DNA from: Trichosphaerium sp. ATCC 40318
Lineage: Eukaryota > Protista > Tubulinea
DNA: 64,000 bases
Assembly: GCA_038496445.1 (NCBI GenBank)
Contig: JALMLS010000631.1
Coordinates: 62,001 to 126,000 of the forward strand
Direction: 5' to 3'
In this document: positions 39,100 through 51,959 of the stretch, in pieces
Numbering within the stretch: position 1 is the stretch's first letter
How the letters are laid out: every line of letters begins with the position of its first letter
Program-made: the position numbers and the translations under genes
Notes under the pieces: generated by a model
What the model was told of the DNA's origin: nothing
The model's database searches: none
The model's input: the letters and a program-made list of their open reading frames with translations, nothing else

Positions 39100-41206
39100 A
39101 CGTGTGCCAAAAAAAATAAATAGTAAATAACTTACCCGAAACAAACCTCAACCATGTTTTTAAGTATCTCCTTCAATGCGTCTTCATCAATAGTTTTACT
39201 CCATTCCCTGGTGTTATATTCAAAAAAAAAAGACCGGAAATTACAAAAAAAAATGCTTTTCAGTTGCACGTTTCATGCACTCTTTCTTTTATACGTACGC
39301 ATTTCTAATACGAGTTATAACATCACCAACATTTAGTAAATCACCACCGCGCTCCATAAATACTTTTACATACTGAGCAGCAAACCCTTGAAGAAAGTGT
39401 ACTTTTGTAACTTCTCTTCGTGGGTCATTAGCTTGTATATTTGTTCCCTCGTTTTTATCTATAGTCGCAAGTATGCCACGTACTGCTCGGATATTTGATT
39501 CATTACACATGTTTTTTAAATCACCACAATTAAAACCTAAGTACTTTGAGAAATGATAAAGGCTTCAAAAAAAACCAATTTGTTGTATCTCATTACCTTT
39601 AGTACATTCTGCGATAACTTGTATTATATTATTGCCATCAACAAGATTCTTATATCCAGCAGATCTAGACATATAAAGGGCTATAATGTCACGACGGCTA
39701 TCAGTGTTTGGTTTTGGCATTGAAACAATTCTACTCTAGATTAGAATAAAGTACTTTTTTGTCAGGATTTTGCATCATCTTCTTTTTTCTCGTACCTATC
39801 AAATCGGCCACTTCTAAACAACGGTCAAAACGAAAGGCTATGTAATAAACAAACACATGCATAAGTAATGATTTTCAAACTAAATTATTGCCTTGTACAG
39901 GCAATTGTAAACACTTAATTAAAACGTACCTAAGCAGTGCTTTATCAATTTTATTTAGTTCATTTGTGGCTGCTAGAACCAAAATGTTCGGGTGCTTTGC
40001 TGCAAATCCATCCATACAAGTAAGCTTTTTACAATCAACAACAATTGAAAAAGCGACAAAACGAGTAAAAAAAGAAAGAGTTTGTTGACGTGATTTGAGA
40101 AAACTTACAAATTTTTTTTGAAAATATATTTGCAAGTACCAGCTGCGATAATGTTTTGTTTTCAGCACGAAGTCGGTTTCTGTTACCAATACCATCCAAT
40201 TCATCTATAAATATGACACAACTTTTATTCTACAAAAGAGTTATTTACTGGCAATACTGTTTTCGAAAAATTGAAATAAAAAAAAAACCAAAATGAACAC
40301 TTTGACGTGCTACTATATGCTGTATCATTGGTGCGTACTTTCTTAGTACCAAACATATATTCCCACGTGGTCTGTGATATCAACTTTTCCGCTTGATTAA
40401 ACAATGCTCTTACACGTGCTGCTCCCCTTTAAAAGTTGGTGTTAATTTTTTTTTTCACATCAAAGAACTGGTGTTGCTAGACTTACACGCCCATGTATAC
40501 TTCATCAAACTCTGTTGCGCTTGCATACAAGAAATGTGCATCTGTTAGTAGTGCTAGAGCCCTTGCAAAATGTGTTTTGCCAGTGCCTGCGCGGAATTAC
40601 TCAACCTGTAGTTTAACAAACTATTGCGTTACCTGGTTCACCTACTAGCAACACCCTGGTTTTGTTGTTAGTATCAGATGATGTACACGTTTGTTGTACC
40701 CTCCTGGAGGCTTGCAGTTGAATTGCGCCACAACTTTTCTGTATTTTATCATGGAGATTACTTCTTTGGCCTCCTCTGGTATGTCTCCTATGCATGGCGT
40801 ATTAAAACGTGAAATGGCATGTGAGTTTAGGTACCTGCCCACAAGTCATTGAATGAAAGTTCTTGAATACGCGCTGGCTTCTCTATTCTGAAGTCTTTTG
40901 CCTTTGATGAACCCAATATATGGTTAAACACCCTAAATGCACGAATTAGCTTTTAAAAGGCTAGCCTTCGCGTACAGGGCCGACACAAGTGCCGCTAAAG
41001 CCACCATTGATACTTGAACACCCACTTCGATCATTACATTCGTCCACTGGCTGGCTACCATGGTTCGATACTACGTACGCGCTCAATGACCTTCATAAAG
41101 CTTCAAGATGTAAACGTACTAACTGGTCGCTTGAATCAAAAGGAGCCTGTGTTTGTAGGCTATCATTTTTACCAGCAGGCTGCTTGGATTGCGTTGTACC
41201 ACCCAT
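39100..41206 (-). CDS. Membrane-anchored FtsH/YME1-like AAA+ ATPase, apparently lacking the M41 peptidase domain; 3' end approximate
   Basis: GEPGTGKT (Walker A), IFIDELDGIG (Walker B), QLLTCMDGF, LAATN...DKALLRSGRFD (SRH); one N-terminal hydrophobic segment. Confidence 0.8.
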
Positions 41207-41310
41207 GGGTGTGCGTTACGTGTAATAAAATCAAGAAAAATACAATAAAATTAGTAAGTTTCCAACTGTGTTTCTGTGACTCAGTTTTACAAAAAAAGCA
41301 ACAAACACTG

Positions 41311-43826
41311 ATGTCGACCTCAGCTCTTTCAATATTTAGCCTAGTGGCTAATAGTGCTGATATTGTTAAGGTCGTAGAAGGTGAAAAACAAGAACAAATT
41401 ACAGAACTTGAGAGTATTACTCCTGTTGAGACTAGAGACGATATAGAGAAAGACAGAGAATATTTTAAGAGCGATTTGCATCAGTAGGAGAATTCTCGTC
41501 CCAATGTTATCTAATTGGTTTAGTTTTAACTTAAAACTCAAGTTGGTTGGTTTACAAGAAGTTACAAAGCAAGAGTACGACACTTTGTGTTCTTCTGGAG
41601 GTACGTATTGATTAGGTCCTGAAGAATACCTACAACGCTCACTTTACGTTAGAATTTGAACAGGAGGATGAACAAAAGCTTGATGTTGAGCATCTTTTTC
41701 ATAAATTCGTTGAGGGCAAGCAAGATAACGACGATGACGATAAGCAACGCTCAACACAGCGAAAAACTCACTTAAAAGGTTAGTACATTTATTTTTGAAA
41801 AAAAACCTCTACGTAGTATCAAAACTGATATTGTAATTAGGCTCATCGCATATCTCCTTTGTGTACAGTGGGAATAAGACCTACAAAATATGGAAGTCCG
41901 TCCTTTTACCTAAACAGCTACACTCAAAGAGTATCGGGAAGGATTGGATAGCAGCACTGGAAGCATTGCCTTCTAAAAAAAACATTGCAATTTTTATGTG
42001 CAGCGGTGGATTCTTTGCTGGTGCAGTGTTCAAAGGTACTGTTAGGTTTTATCACTTTATGATCTTATATCTGAATAAAGGTACTCAATGTTTGGTTCAT
42101 AAGAGGCTTCAACGTTATACAACAAGAAGAAAACAAGGTTCGTAATTTCAAAAAGACATTTTGACACCTTATGTTCTGTGAATCATTTGCAATGACATTT
42201 TTTTTTGTTACCAACTTTTTGATGCCAACTTCTTGTACTGTAGGTGGTAGTCAGTCTTCTCATGATAAGAATGGTGGACACGCAAAATCTGCTGGTGCCT
42301 GGATTAGAAGAAATAATGAGATCAAATTAAAGGAGGCACGTGATGAAGCAGTGGTATTTTCTCGTTGTATTGACTTTTTTTAAAATAGGATATTTTAAAG
42401 ACACTAAAGGCATGGAAAGAACATATCGATGCTAGTGATATTATATTTTTGGCTACGCCTAGTTTAAATAAAGCTATTTTTGTGGGTGATGATGCACCAT
42501 TTAAAAAAGATGATATGAGAGTGAGGAGGGTCCCTTTTACAACTGGACGGTATGTGGGTTAAATTTTGTCTGGAAATTAATCAATTCTCTTAGACCTAAG
42601 CTTGAAGAATTGAAAAGAGTCTTTGGGATATTGACAACTGTTAATGTTGGTGTCTATGTAGAGGCTGAAGATGAAGAACCAGTAAAAGTAGATAAGGTGG
42701 TACAACCCGAACCAAAACAAAAAAAAATAGAACAAAGCTGTGATGAAAAGGGTACATCATATTTTGAATTATGTCGAGTTTGTTTTTCCGTTGGTGTTAT
42801 TTATTCTTAATCCGTGGTATAGATCTTGTTGAAGAGTCAATTAAGAGTGGAGATATTAACTCCTTAAAAGAATTGCTTGACAGTAATTATATGAGGCCAG
42901 TACCAGAGTATGTCTACCTGCCTTGTAAATATAGCACAAAAAAATTAATTGTTCTAAGGGATGCCTTCAAATTATGTAATATGACCTACCTGGCTATGAA
43001 ACACAGCCGACAGGATATGATGGAACTTATCATATCTTCTGGGAAGGATGATCTTAATATGAAGATATCAGCTATAAAGGGTCAAACAGGTACGAAAAAG
43101 GCGGTAGAACTTTTTCTCAAAAAAAAGTAGAAAAAGAGGTTTCCTGTAACTTTTCTGTAGTGCTTCAAAAAGCCATGAGAGACGGTATGGATGTAAAGGT
43201 ATTAGAAAAATTATTAGACAATGGAGCTAGTCCTATGGTAAATCCAACTATAATGTCACTTGCAAAAACAAGTGAAATCAAAACATTCTTACATCGATAC
43301 GCTGCTGCAAATGATGATAAATGGGGTACACACCTTTCAAATTCTGTCTTTTTTCGTACTTTACTTGGCTTACTTATTTTATTTTTAGATTGGACTTCTG
43401 CTGGTATTGTACCACTTACAGAGTCTGGTGAAGTAAGACAACAAGAGTTGAAAGAAAAACAGTTAAAAAAGAAGAGAGAAAAAAGAAGACAAAGACAAAT
43501 AAAGCAACGTCAAAGAAAAGCAGCAAAAGCCAAAGAGATAGATCCTATAAAGTATTGGGCTACAAAAGTATCTTATAATGGACGTGTTGTTACAAGAAGA
43601 CGAGCTCTAGAAAACTTGAGAAGGCTATTTCATTTTGAACAGAGATTGGCTAAAGGTAACGCGAACTTCAACTCTCTCAACTCTGTTGTATTGTTTGTTC
43701 TCATTTGTTACTGTTTTGCTTACCTTAATGTGTTAAGGACTTAAAGATGAGAATAAAAGACATTATCTGGGAGAGGACTTGCCGGAGCAAGTCATAGAAC
43801 AACTTTGCTCTCTTGAGGAAGCTTAG
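41311..43826 (+). CDS. VMS1: VMS1/ANKZF1 ribosome quality-control factor (VLRF1 domain plus ankyrin repeats)
   Basis: FMCSGGFFAGAVF, HKRLQRYTTRRKQGGSQSSHD...KSAGAWIRRNNE, RRVPFTTGRP, DWTSAGI. Confidence 0.92.
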
Positions 43827-44038
43827 AAGAAAAAAAAGACAAAATATTTAAAACAATTATTGTACATAGTAAAGTGTTGGTTTTAACCACTGTCTATAAT
43901 GTGTTGTAAACTAAAAGATAATTCCCATGTTTGAACCAACACTTGTAGGACCACAAATCTTGTCACGTGAGTTGATAAGATGTGAACTTATGAGTAGTTT
44001 TTTTACTGTACACTTTTTTATTTGTATTGGTTTCATCC

Positions 44039-46395
44039 TTAAGGACATAGCACGGGCTTTGTAGACTTATCAAATTCATCACCGAATTCGATATGCGGTG
44101 CATAATGTTTGATAGTAGCTGCTAGTGACTGTCTATTATTATCCCACCAATAAGGGACAGGGACAAGTATTATTCCGAGCTGTTTACATAATTTTTTTTT
44201 ATCCTTGTCTCTTTCAATGTACTGCTTGGAAGTACCAAAAGCGCCTATAGATATACCCATATCGTAGTGCTGTTCCCCTATTCGTTGTAAGGATAGTACA
44301 ATTAAACAAAATACAAAATGACGTAGTGTATTTCGGGATGCAACACATAGCGCTCAAACGGCTTTTTTTTCAAGTCTCTACCAAAAAAAAAGAGTGATGT
44401 AATCATTCGTGCCTTGGTATTCAAGTGCAATATTGTACTTTGGAAGGAATGCATCAAAAGATAGCATCCCTTGGCGATGTTCTTCAACGATCTTATCACC
44501 TTTGAACCAATACCGGGCATGTTGAATCATAAGCCTAAACAAAAAAATTTGGCAAAGATTACAATGTTAGGTGCTAACCTTTGGCATGACTTCTTGTTTC
44601 TTGACTTAAACAGTGACCAATCCTTAAACTCGTGATCGGGGTATATAAGCTGTAGAACTTGTGGGTATTGGTCCATTATACCAGTGCCGCCATGCTCTCT
44701 GATGCTAACTGTTGATATACGATACCTATGATACCAAAGTGAGTTAACGGTGTTTATGTTAGAATAAAATTTCAGTTGTTTACCAGTCGTCAGGTTCTTT
44801 GATACCCATCTTTGCTGTAAATTCAGTAAGGAACGCTTTGATATTTTTTTCATCCTTCCAGTAACCTTTTTTACGTTTTGAAGGGTTAGGACCCCTATGT
44901 GCCCTAAAAGTTTAACAGTAAGTGTAAATTTTTATTTAGAATACTCACAAAACCCTTCGCAGTTTAAAGATTTTGTCGGAAAACAAGTTTTATGGAAGTA
45001 AGATACTTACTTGAATAGTTTAAAGTCCCAATTATGCTCTGGATATACTGCCATAAGTGCTGTAGGCAAATGACGATTGTATCTTTTAAAAAACAACATT
45101 AGTTCGAGAATTAAACGAGAAAAGAGTTAAACACCACTAGTGTAAACCCTCGTACTACTTACCTTGCTAATAAGCCTGTACCTCCCATTTTGAAAATATG
45201 CGTTCTCCTAACCTTATACCAATCATCAAGAGATTCATGACCAAGGTCCTTAGCAAAACTATCAAAGATTTCTCTTTGGTTATCCATACTATCCAAGTAA
45301 GCTTTTGGCAAGCTCCTAAATAAGTACTTAATACACAAGTACTTTATGGTAAACCAACGCATAACTACGTATATGCTAGCATGAGGCAAGGTAACATTCT
45401 AACAAAGAAGAAAAAAAAGAAATAGTACGAGAGATGCTTACTTAAACTTCCAAGGTATCCAGTTGTGTTCAACGTAGATTTCTTTTAAAGCTGTTTGAAG
45501 AGATCCATTAAACCTAAATCAATATCATAATGGTGAATAAAATAAATACATTCGTTTTTATCTTGTATATAAATACCTCAGTGCAAGTGTACATCCACCA
45601 GCATGTCTTAAGTCGATAGTAGAAAAGTTGTACCAATCATCTAATTTTTCAACACCAAGTTGTAATCCTATTTCATCCATGCGCTTCTTCTGGTTTGCGT
45701 GCTCTTCCCAATACTTTTTCGGTAACCTAGTCCTATAATATATGTTAAAGAGAGTACATAAGATGATTGTCACGTTACTCAAAAAACGAACAATAGTAGT
45801 TGCTTTGTTAAATAAATAAACTAAGATAATCTTCGTTCTTGGCATAAGGCCTCAAAAACACGTACTCGAATTTCCAAGATATCCACTTGTACTTAGGATA
45901 TAGAGCTTTTAAAGCATCTGCAAGTGATCGACCATAACTTGAGAAAGAAAGAAAATGAGTTCAACAACAAAGAACAAAGAAAACTGTTTAGGCTATTTCA
46001 TTTCCCAAATTCTTTCATCACGTGATGAGACTATCATTGCACGTACTAATCAAGTACGAAATGTAGACCAGCATATTTGTATACATGGTATATATTTACA
46101 GTATACCACTTGTCGAGCGTTTTTAACTCGAGGATTTTGGCAACTTGTTCAAAAGCCCTTCTTTGCGTGTTTTCATTGTGCCAGTGCGTACGCACTTCTT
46201 TAAAACTATACCCATGGTGTCAAATCAAGTTTTAGGTAAAAAGCAACGGCTTACAATTGTTTTGGTGCTTTCGGCGCGAATTCGTATTGTCTGGTCTCTA
46301 TGAAGGGCTAAGACGCAAATATCAAGGGTTTTTATTGTACCCTTTCTTTTTGATGCACTAAGGGTTTTTCTGACCAAAGGGCTAAGATGCTTCAT
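44039..46395 (-). CDS. Helical-repeat protein 2 (four ~65-70-aa repeats) with a C-terminal PD-(D/E)XK-like (RAP/Vsr-like) domain and putative mitochondrial presequence
   Basis: Repeats such as LPKKYWEEHANQKKRMDEIGLQLGVEKLDDWYNFSTIDLRHAGGCTLALRFNGSLQTALKEIYVEHNWIPWKF. C-terminal FDAFLPKYNIALEYQGEQHY...RDKDKKKLCKQLGIILVPVPYWWD. N-terminus MKHLSPLVRKTLSASKRK. Confidence 0.8.
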
Positions 46396-46497
46396 GCCAT
46401 AGCGTAATCCTAAGCGTTTTATACAGGTTTATGCTGTTGTGACAGCTACTTAATCACAGCCATTAAGTCAACGCTTAAATGCTATTTTACAAGGTCT

Positions 46498-49400
46498 TTA
46501 TTGTTTTTTTTCTTTTTCTTCTTCTACTCTGGTGTAGTGCTTTCCAGACGAAGTTCTTTTTCAGCCATGAGCTTAATAAGATCGTGTAATTGCCCAACAG
46601 AGAAGTACATGCGCAGCTTGTCAATGCTAGACATAAAAAAGTAAGAACAAATCAGGAATTACAATGATATCGCGTACCCAAGTAACCAGATTGATTTACA
46701 CCATGGCACATTCTGAATAGCACGGTAAAATACTCCCTTTGCTTTCTCTGTATCATTTTCGAGTTCGTAATTGAGGTAGTACTTCCACAAAACAACAGAA
46801 TTACGTGATCTACATAAGCGTTAAAGAATTATTCAGTCCAACTTTACAATTTCCGTACGCGGAGTCTTTGGCGAGAGCTCTCTCAAATAAGCCTCTGATG
46901 CGATGCATACTACCTTGCCTTATCTCAGAACGTATTGAAAAGAGCCATAAAAGTGGAGAAGACTGACTAAGAAAGAAGCATTAGAATCACTGAAACAGGC
47001 CTGAGGACTTAAATATATAAAAATGCGTACTTAGAGCAAATCTCATCAAAAAATCTTCTCATCCTTCCTGCAATCAAAGACCGTGCTTCTGATTCCATGA
47101 ACAATGAAATAAAAAATGCATTTTCTGGGAAGATACGCAATGAGAACATCAATGCAACACGCAAGTAATAAGGTGGTGTTGGAAGCTTAATACAGTGTGT
47201 TCGAATAACATGAACATACCTAGTTGAAAAAGATAAGCTTGAGTACAATGTAACAGTTACATTTTGTCAAAAACAGAAAAGATTGCCGAGCATTCACGTG
47301 TTGACATTTTCTTTTGTTCCAACAAAATCTTGGATTTTCACAAAAATATGGTGCATACGCAGTTGCTAATCGCTCGCATTCAACTTCATGTGCAGCTATG
47401 GCCGTAATACCATCTTTAAAGATCAACTCAGCTTTCTCCAATTTATCCGTATGTCGTGTTTTAGTCGTCATATAAGCAAAGAGTGCATAACAAATAGTAA
47501 AGTCTACAAAGCATTTTGCTGTTTGAGGTTCAATAGCAGCTTTATGCCTTGCATACTCATCTTCAAATACCTAAAACCAACCTTAGACTTAAAAAGCATA
47601 ATATGATCTTACCTTTCTAGCTTTGAGTACAGTTGTTGCTGGTAATGCTGCACTTTGCTTTTTCTTCTTTTTGGTTGATTTGACAGGTGTAAATGTTTCA
47701 TTGTTTGTCAGAGAAAGAAGTATACTCAACGCATTATTCTCGTTTTGTTGTGATAACTCAAACTCTGCAAATGCTCTAACTAGTCCAGGTCTTGATTTAC
47801 GAACAGATGGTTTAGCATCTGATAAAACTGCATTATACATCTTCCTTGTCCTCTTTATATTATGTGATTGTTCCAATAAGGCATACGTCTCAATTGTTCC
47901 ATAGTTTACATTCTTCTGTAGCATCTCCTTTGATGATTGCCGTGCGAGTGCTATATCATAACTACCTTCCAATAGTAACCGTAGTTTTTGAAGGTTACTC
48001 TCTTTTGGGTATATCTCAGAAGCTTGAAGGAGAATAGTCCTACAAGGGTTAGTTGTGTTTATTGAGGTTTTTTGTTTTATGTTATTTTTCTTACCTCAAC
48101 AGGTTTCGCTTTACTTCATTGTTAATAGGTTGAACAGTATATGTTAACGTCCAATCAATCTTCTTTAAAAGTCTTCGGTCTTGTGTGTTCTCATTCTAAA
48201 AGCAATCAACAAAACTTTCTTGATCAAAATTTGAATCCTTCTGTTTTTTAAACGTTACCTTGTCAATGCCTCTAGAGTTAATTTCAGGGAAATCAACTAA
48301 CTCAAGCAAACGGAATTGATCTTTAGCATCCTCCATATAAGCTGACCGGGCCTTGGCAATCAAACTAAACATAAGTTGAGTGCTGTATTTAGTAAAGTTA
48401 TAAAAACTGTGTACCTGTTGGTTGATACTCTTCCAGGTAGCTGAAGGCCCAGAAACTCCAAGAAGCGATAAAGTAACTCCAGTTTTAGATCTGGGTAAGT
48501 CAATTGACAAAGGTACTTTTGTATGTCTAAAAAAAGATATCAGTACTACAGGAAGGGTATTTGTAACAAAGAAGTTTCGGGTTACCTTCAAAAAACACAA
48601 CTCGCTCGAGATTATCTTCGTCTTCATTGACATCTCTTGCAGGTAACCAATTATCTCTTTGTAATCTTTTTTCTTCCTTAGCCCATTCTGAGAAGCATCG
48701 AGTAAGACGATCTTGGACTATACTATCATCTTCAGGCTCAAATTTATCCTTTAGCGTTTTGGCTCCATTATCCTCTTCATCTTCCGAGTCAGAGTTATGT
48801 CGTGAGTCATCAGAGTAGTCTTTCATACTACTTCGAATGTGTAAGTATTCACTGTTAAGATAATGAAGAAATAAGCGTACTCTCTACTATCACTGGAAGA
48901 AGAAACATCATCCATACTATTTTCTTCATCCATCACATCTATAATACCAGGTGTCTTTCTTGTTGGATCGTAATTCATATTTAGCTCTTTTCCCTTTAAT
49001 TTTTCTTCCATCCTTGAATGCCAATCAGACCATCCTTTAGCTCCCTATGGAAAATAAATACATAAGTATGTTTGTTGCGACAGCATTGAAATTTGTAAAG
49101 AGCTCGGAAAGACATAACCGATTGAATCATGTGAGCTTATTAAAAAAATCGTTTCAGCGACGTACAACTTCACCAAAGCGAGGAAGATCTTGTTGCCAGA
49201 ACTTTCCGAAAAAAGTGAGTAGTGACTCACGAGGAATATCATGTTGAAGCGATGAAGGACAGTGACAAGTTATCTAAAGGTTTTTAGTAAATACATAATT
49301 GTATTTAGTAAAATAAAAAGTGGGTTCGTACTTCCAACATTGCTTGAAGAATTGCAAAGGCACGTTCTTGATACCCAGCTTGTTTTTCAACAGTTGCAGC

Positions 49401-51318
49401 ACCAGTAATGACTTCTAATGTACGTTCTTCCATAGCACGATGTTTAGAATGACCTGAGATTAATCGTGAGTGTTCTGTAAAGCGTGAAGAAAAAAGAGTA
49501 CATACCTTCATTGTACACCATTTTTTGTGAAGTTAACACTTGTACTGCACGTGAATAAACATCACGTAACATCTGTACAGAGAAATTCTCAAAATTGGAT
49601 CTTGTATAATCTAGGTAATACTTCCAAAGGAAGGGACTTCCAGGATGAGAAGCAATAGTTTTTCTCCATTTAATCATTACTTTTTTAGGTCAAGTTTTTG
49701 TTAAGGAGATAAAATGGTGTCATTGTGATGAAAGTAAAAAATAAATTTCTTCAGGATACTCTTCGATCTGCTCGCAACATTGTAGGTATCCTAACAGAAG
49801 ATCTTCAGAATGAGGGTTCGCTTTCAATGCAGCTTTATAAATTGCAATTTTCTTTTCAATTGTTGGCTTTGTTCCTCTTGTTTTACCAAATTTGAGATGC
49901 TCGTCTTGGAACTCTATTGATTTATTAGCATTAAATAGATATGTAATACACTAATAAATGCTTTAAAATGCTTTGTTAAAAAAAGGGTACCGATGAAGGA
50001 GAGCCACAACTTAATGCTTGTTTTGTTTTTTCTTGTTGCTTCATTGAACTCTCTGGTGCGACGCATTATATACTGTTCAAATGTCTCTTCCTCGTCAGAC
50101 TCATCACTACTATCATATTCTACGTCTAGCTTCAGGAAATCACTATTAAATGCTGTAGGATCAAACGGCCGTGGCTTTATGCTAGTCTTGCATTAGCACT
50201 AGTATTACACATCAAGTACTCACTTCACAACTTGACGATTTGAAACATATCGTCTCTGTTCCCGTTTAGATGCTTTATAATATCTGTTTCGCTTCGATTT
50301 TCCAGATTCATACAGTTTAAAGCCGATATTATCACGAGAGAATTTGACATCTTGTAAAACAAAAAATTAGCCAACCCAAAGAAGAATCACATGTATTCAA
50401 TTGACTTACGATACTTTCTGGAAAGCCCCATAATTGGCATTGTACGTCTATACCTCGGTACGTCCATAACATATAAATGACCAAACTGTACATTATTCAA
50501 ATCGCCCTTCTCATCAAAAAAGTAGCATTTCGCTTGCCTAAACAAATCGATTGGTTTTTTTCATGCCATAATTTTTCAACTAAAACTTACTTTGGATCAG
50601 CCCATACATTTATAGAGGCAGCGCGAGTATCTGTTTTAGATAAACGCTTACTAGCCTCAAGCTGTTTCATCCTATCAGATTTCTTCCTCTTTCCTTTTTT
50701 TCTTCTTTTCTTTGGCCTCTTTACAAGTGCTTTAAAGTTTGCTGAATCGCTGTCTGACGAACTTGATGACATGTTAAACACTTGGCTATTCAAGAATGGC
50801 TTTAAAAGGGTACCTATCAGTCAAGTAATCAACCAGAGACCGTTTTGCTGGTATCAAAGCGCTTGATGTAAAATTACGCTTTGGAGATCTAGGTTTCGGT
50901 GTTGATGCTATGATTGTTAAGTTGGATTCATTCGTGGGGTTCTTACGTAATGTGTCAGTTGCTGATGTTTCAAAAAAATCTGAGGCTCTCGGTTTTCTCT
51001 TTTTAACAGGCTTGGGAGGTGGTTCTATTCTGTGTTAGGTTGTTGGTTAAAAATAAAATCGTTTACCATTAAAACTATCATTTTGAAGCCAACTGCTATC
51101 TGGTTGGTTGTTCGACGCGTTACCCGTATCATTCTATGATTTTGAAGTTAGATTAATGTATTTCTGGCCAATTACGCACAGATGGCGTGTTATCGATTGG
51201 GAATAGCGAATTTTGAGCCTAACACGACATTTAATTTAATTAACGCTTTAAAGTCCTTATAACGTACTTTTTGACCTTCACTCCCGTTTATTGGGAACAA
51301 GGGCTGTCCGTGAGACAT
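46498..51318 (-). CDS. NRDE2: NRDE2 nuclear RNA surveillance / RNAi factor
   Basis: N-terminal LFP...WLQNDSF, WLSFIEFQD, HPGSPFLWKYY, QAGYQERAFAILQAMLE, ERVVFFED, PWCKSIWL. Confidence 0.88.
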
Positions 51319-51624
51319 TTGAGCGAGAAAAAGCAACGCTATTTGCGTGCAGCAACAATAAACGGTCAAAAATAGTCGTAATTTGACTCATTCTAAAATA
51401 GGTTGCAATTATCTTCCTATTGGTCATACGAAAATAATTTTCCTGTGACGGATACAAAAGAGTGTTGTTTATCGTTTACGAACGTTTAAAGTATAACATG
51501 TTGATATCTTCCTCGAAGGTTTCATTCTCAACTTTTTATCATTTTGGAAAAAACGGACGTTCAATTTGTCCGATTCGGCTTAATTGCGTACTCATATTAG
51601 TTAATTTTACCCCATCACGACATC

Positions 51625-51939
51625 ATGTCCAACTCACAAATAGTGGTAGAGCTTGTTCAGTTTAAACTTGCTTCTGGAGTAACAGAAGAGGCTTTCTTAA
51701 AGCAATCAGAAATCCTTCAACAGAAAGCGCTTAAAACATTCCCTGGTTACATAAGCAGAGAGCTACTACAAAAGGATGACGAATGGATAGATTTGGTTCA
51801 CTGGAGTTCGATGGAGCACGCTCAAGAAGCCGCTAAAATAATGCCTTCAAATCCGGATGCAAAAGGCTTTATGTCATGTATTGACTTCAACAGCGTTTCT
51901 ATGAATCACTATGTTGTAAAAGCAAACTACACCGAATAA
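51625..51939 (+). CDS. Intronless ABM / dimeric alpha-beta barrel protein (bacterial-like)
   Basis: Single 104-aa ORF: VVELVQFKL...FPGYISRELL...WIDLVHWSSMEHAQEAAK, typical of antibiotic biosynthesis monooxygenase-like proteins. Confidence 0.8.
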   Translation: MSNSQIVVELVQFKLASGVTEEAFLKQSEILQQKALKTFPGYISRELLQKDDEWIDLVHWSSMEHAQEAAKIMPSNPDAKGFMSCIDFNSVSMNHYVVKANYTE

Positions 51940-51959
51940 ACGTTTTGTTTTTATTTTAT

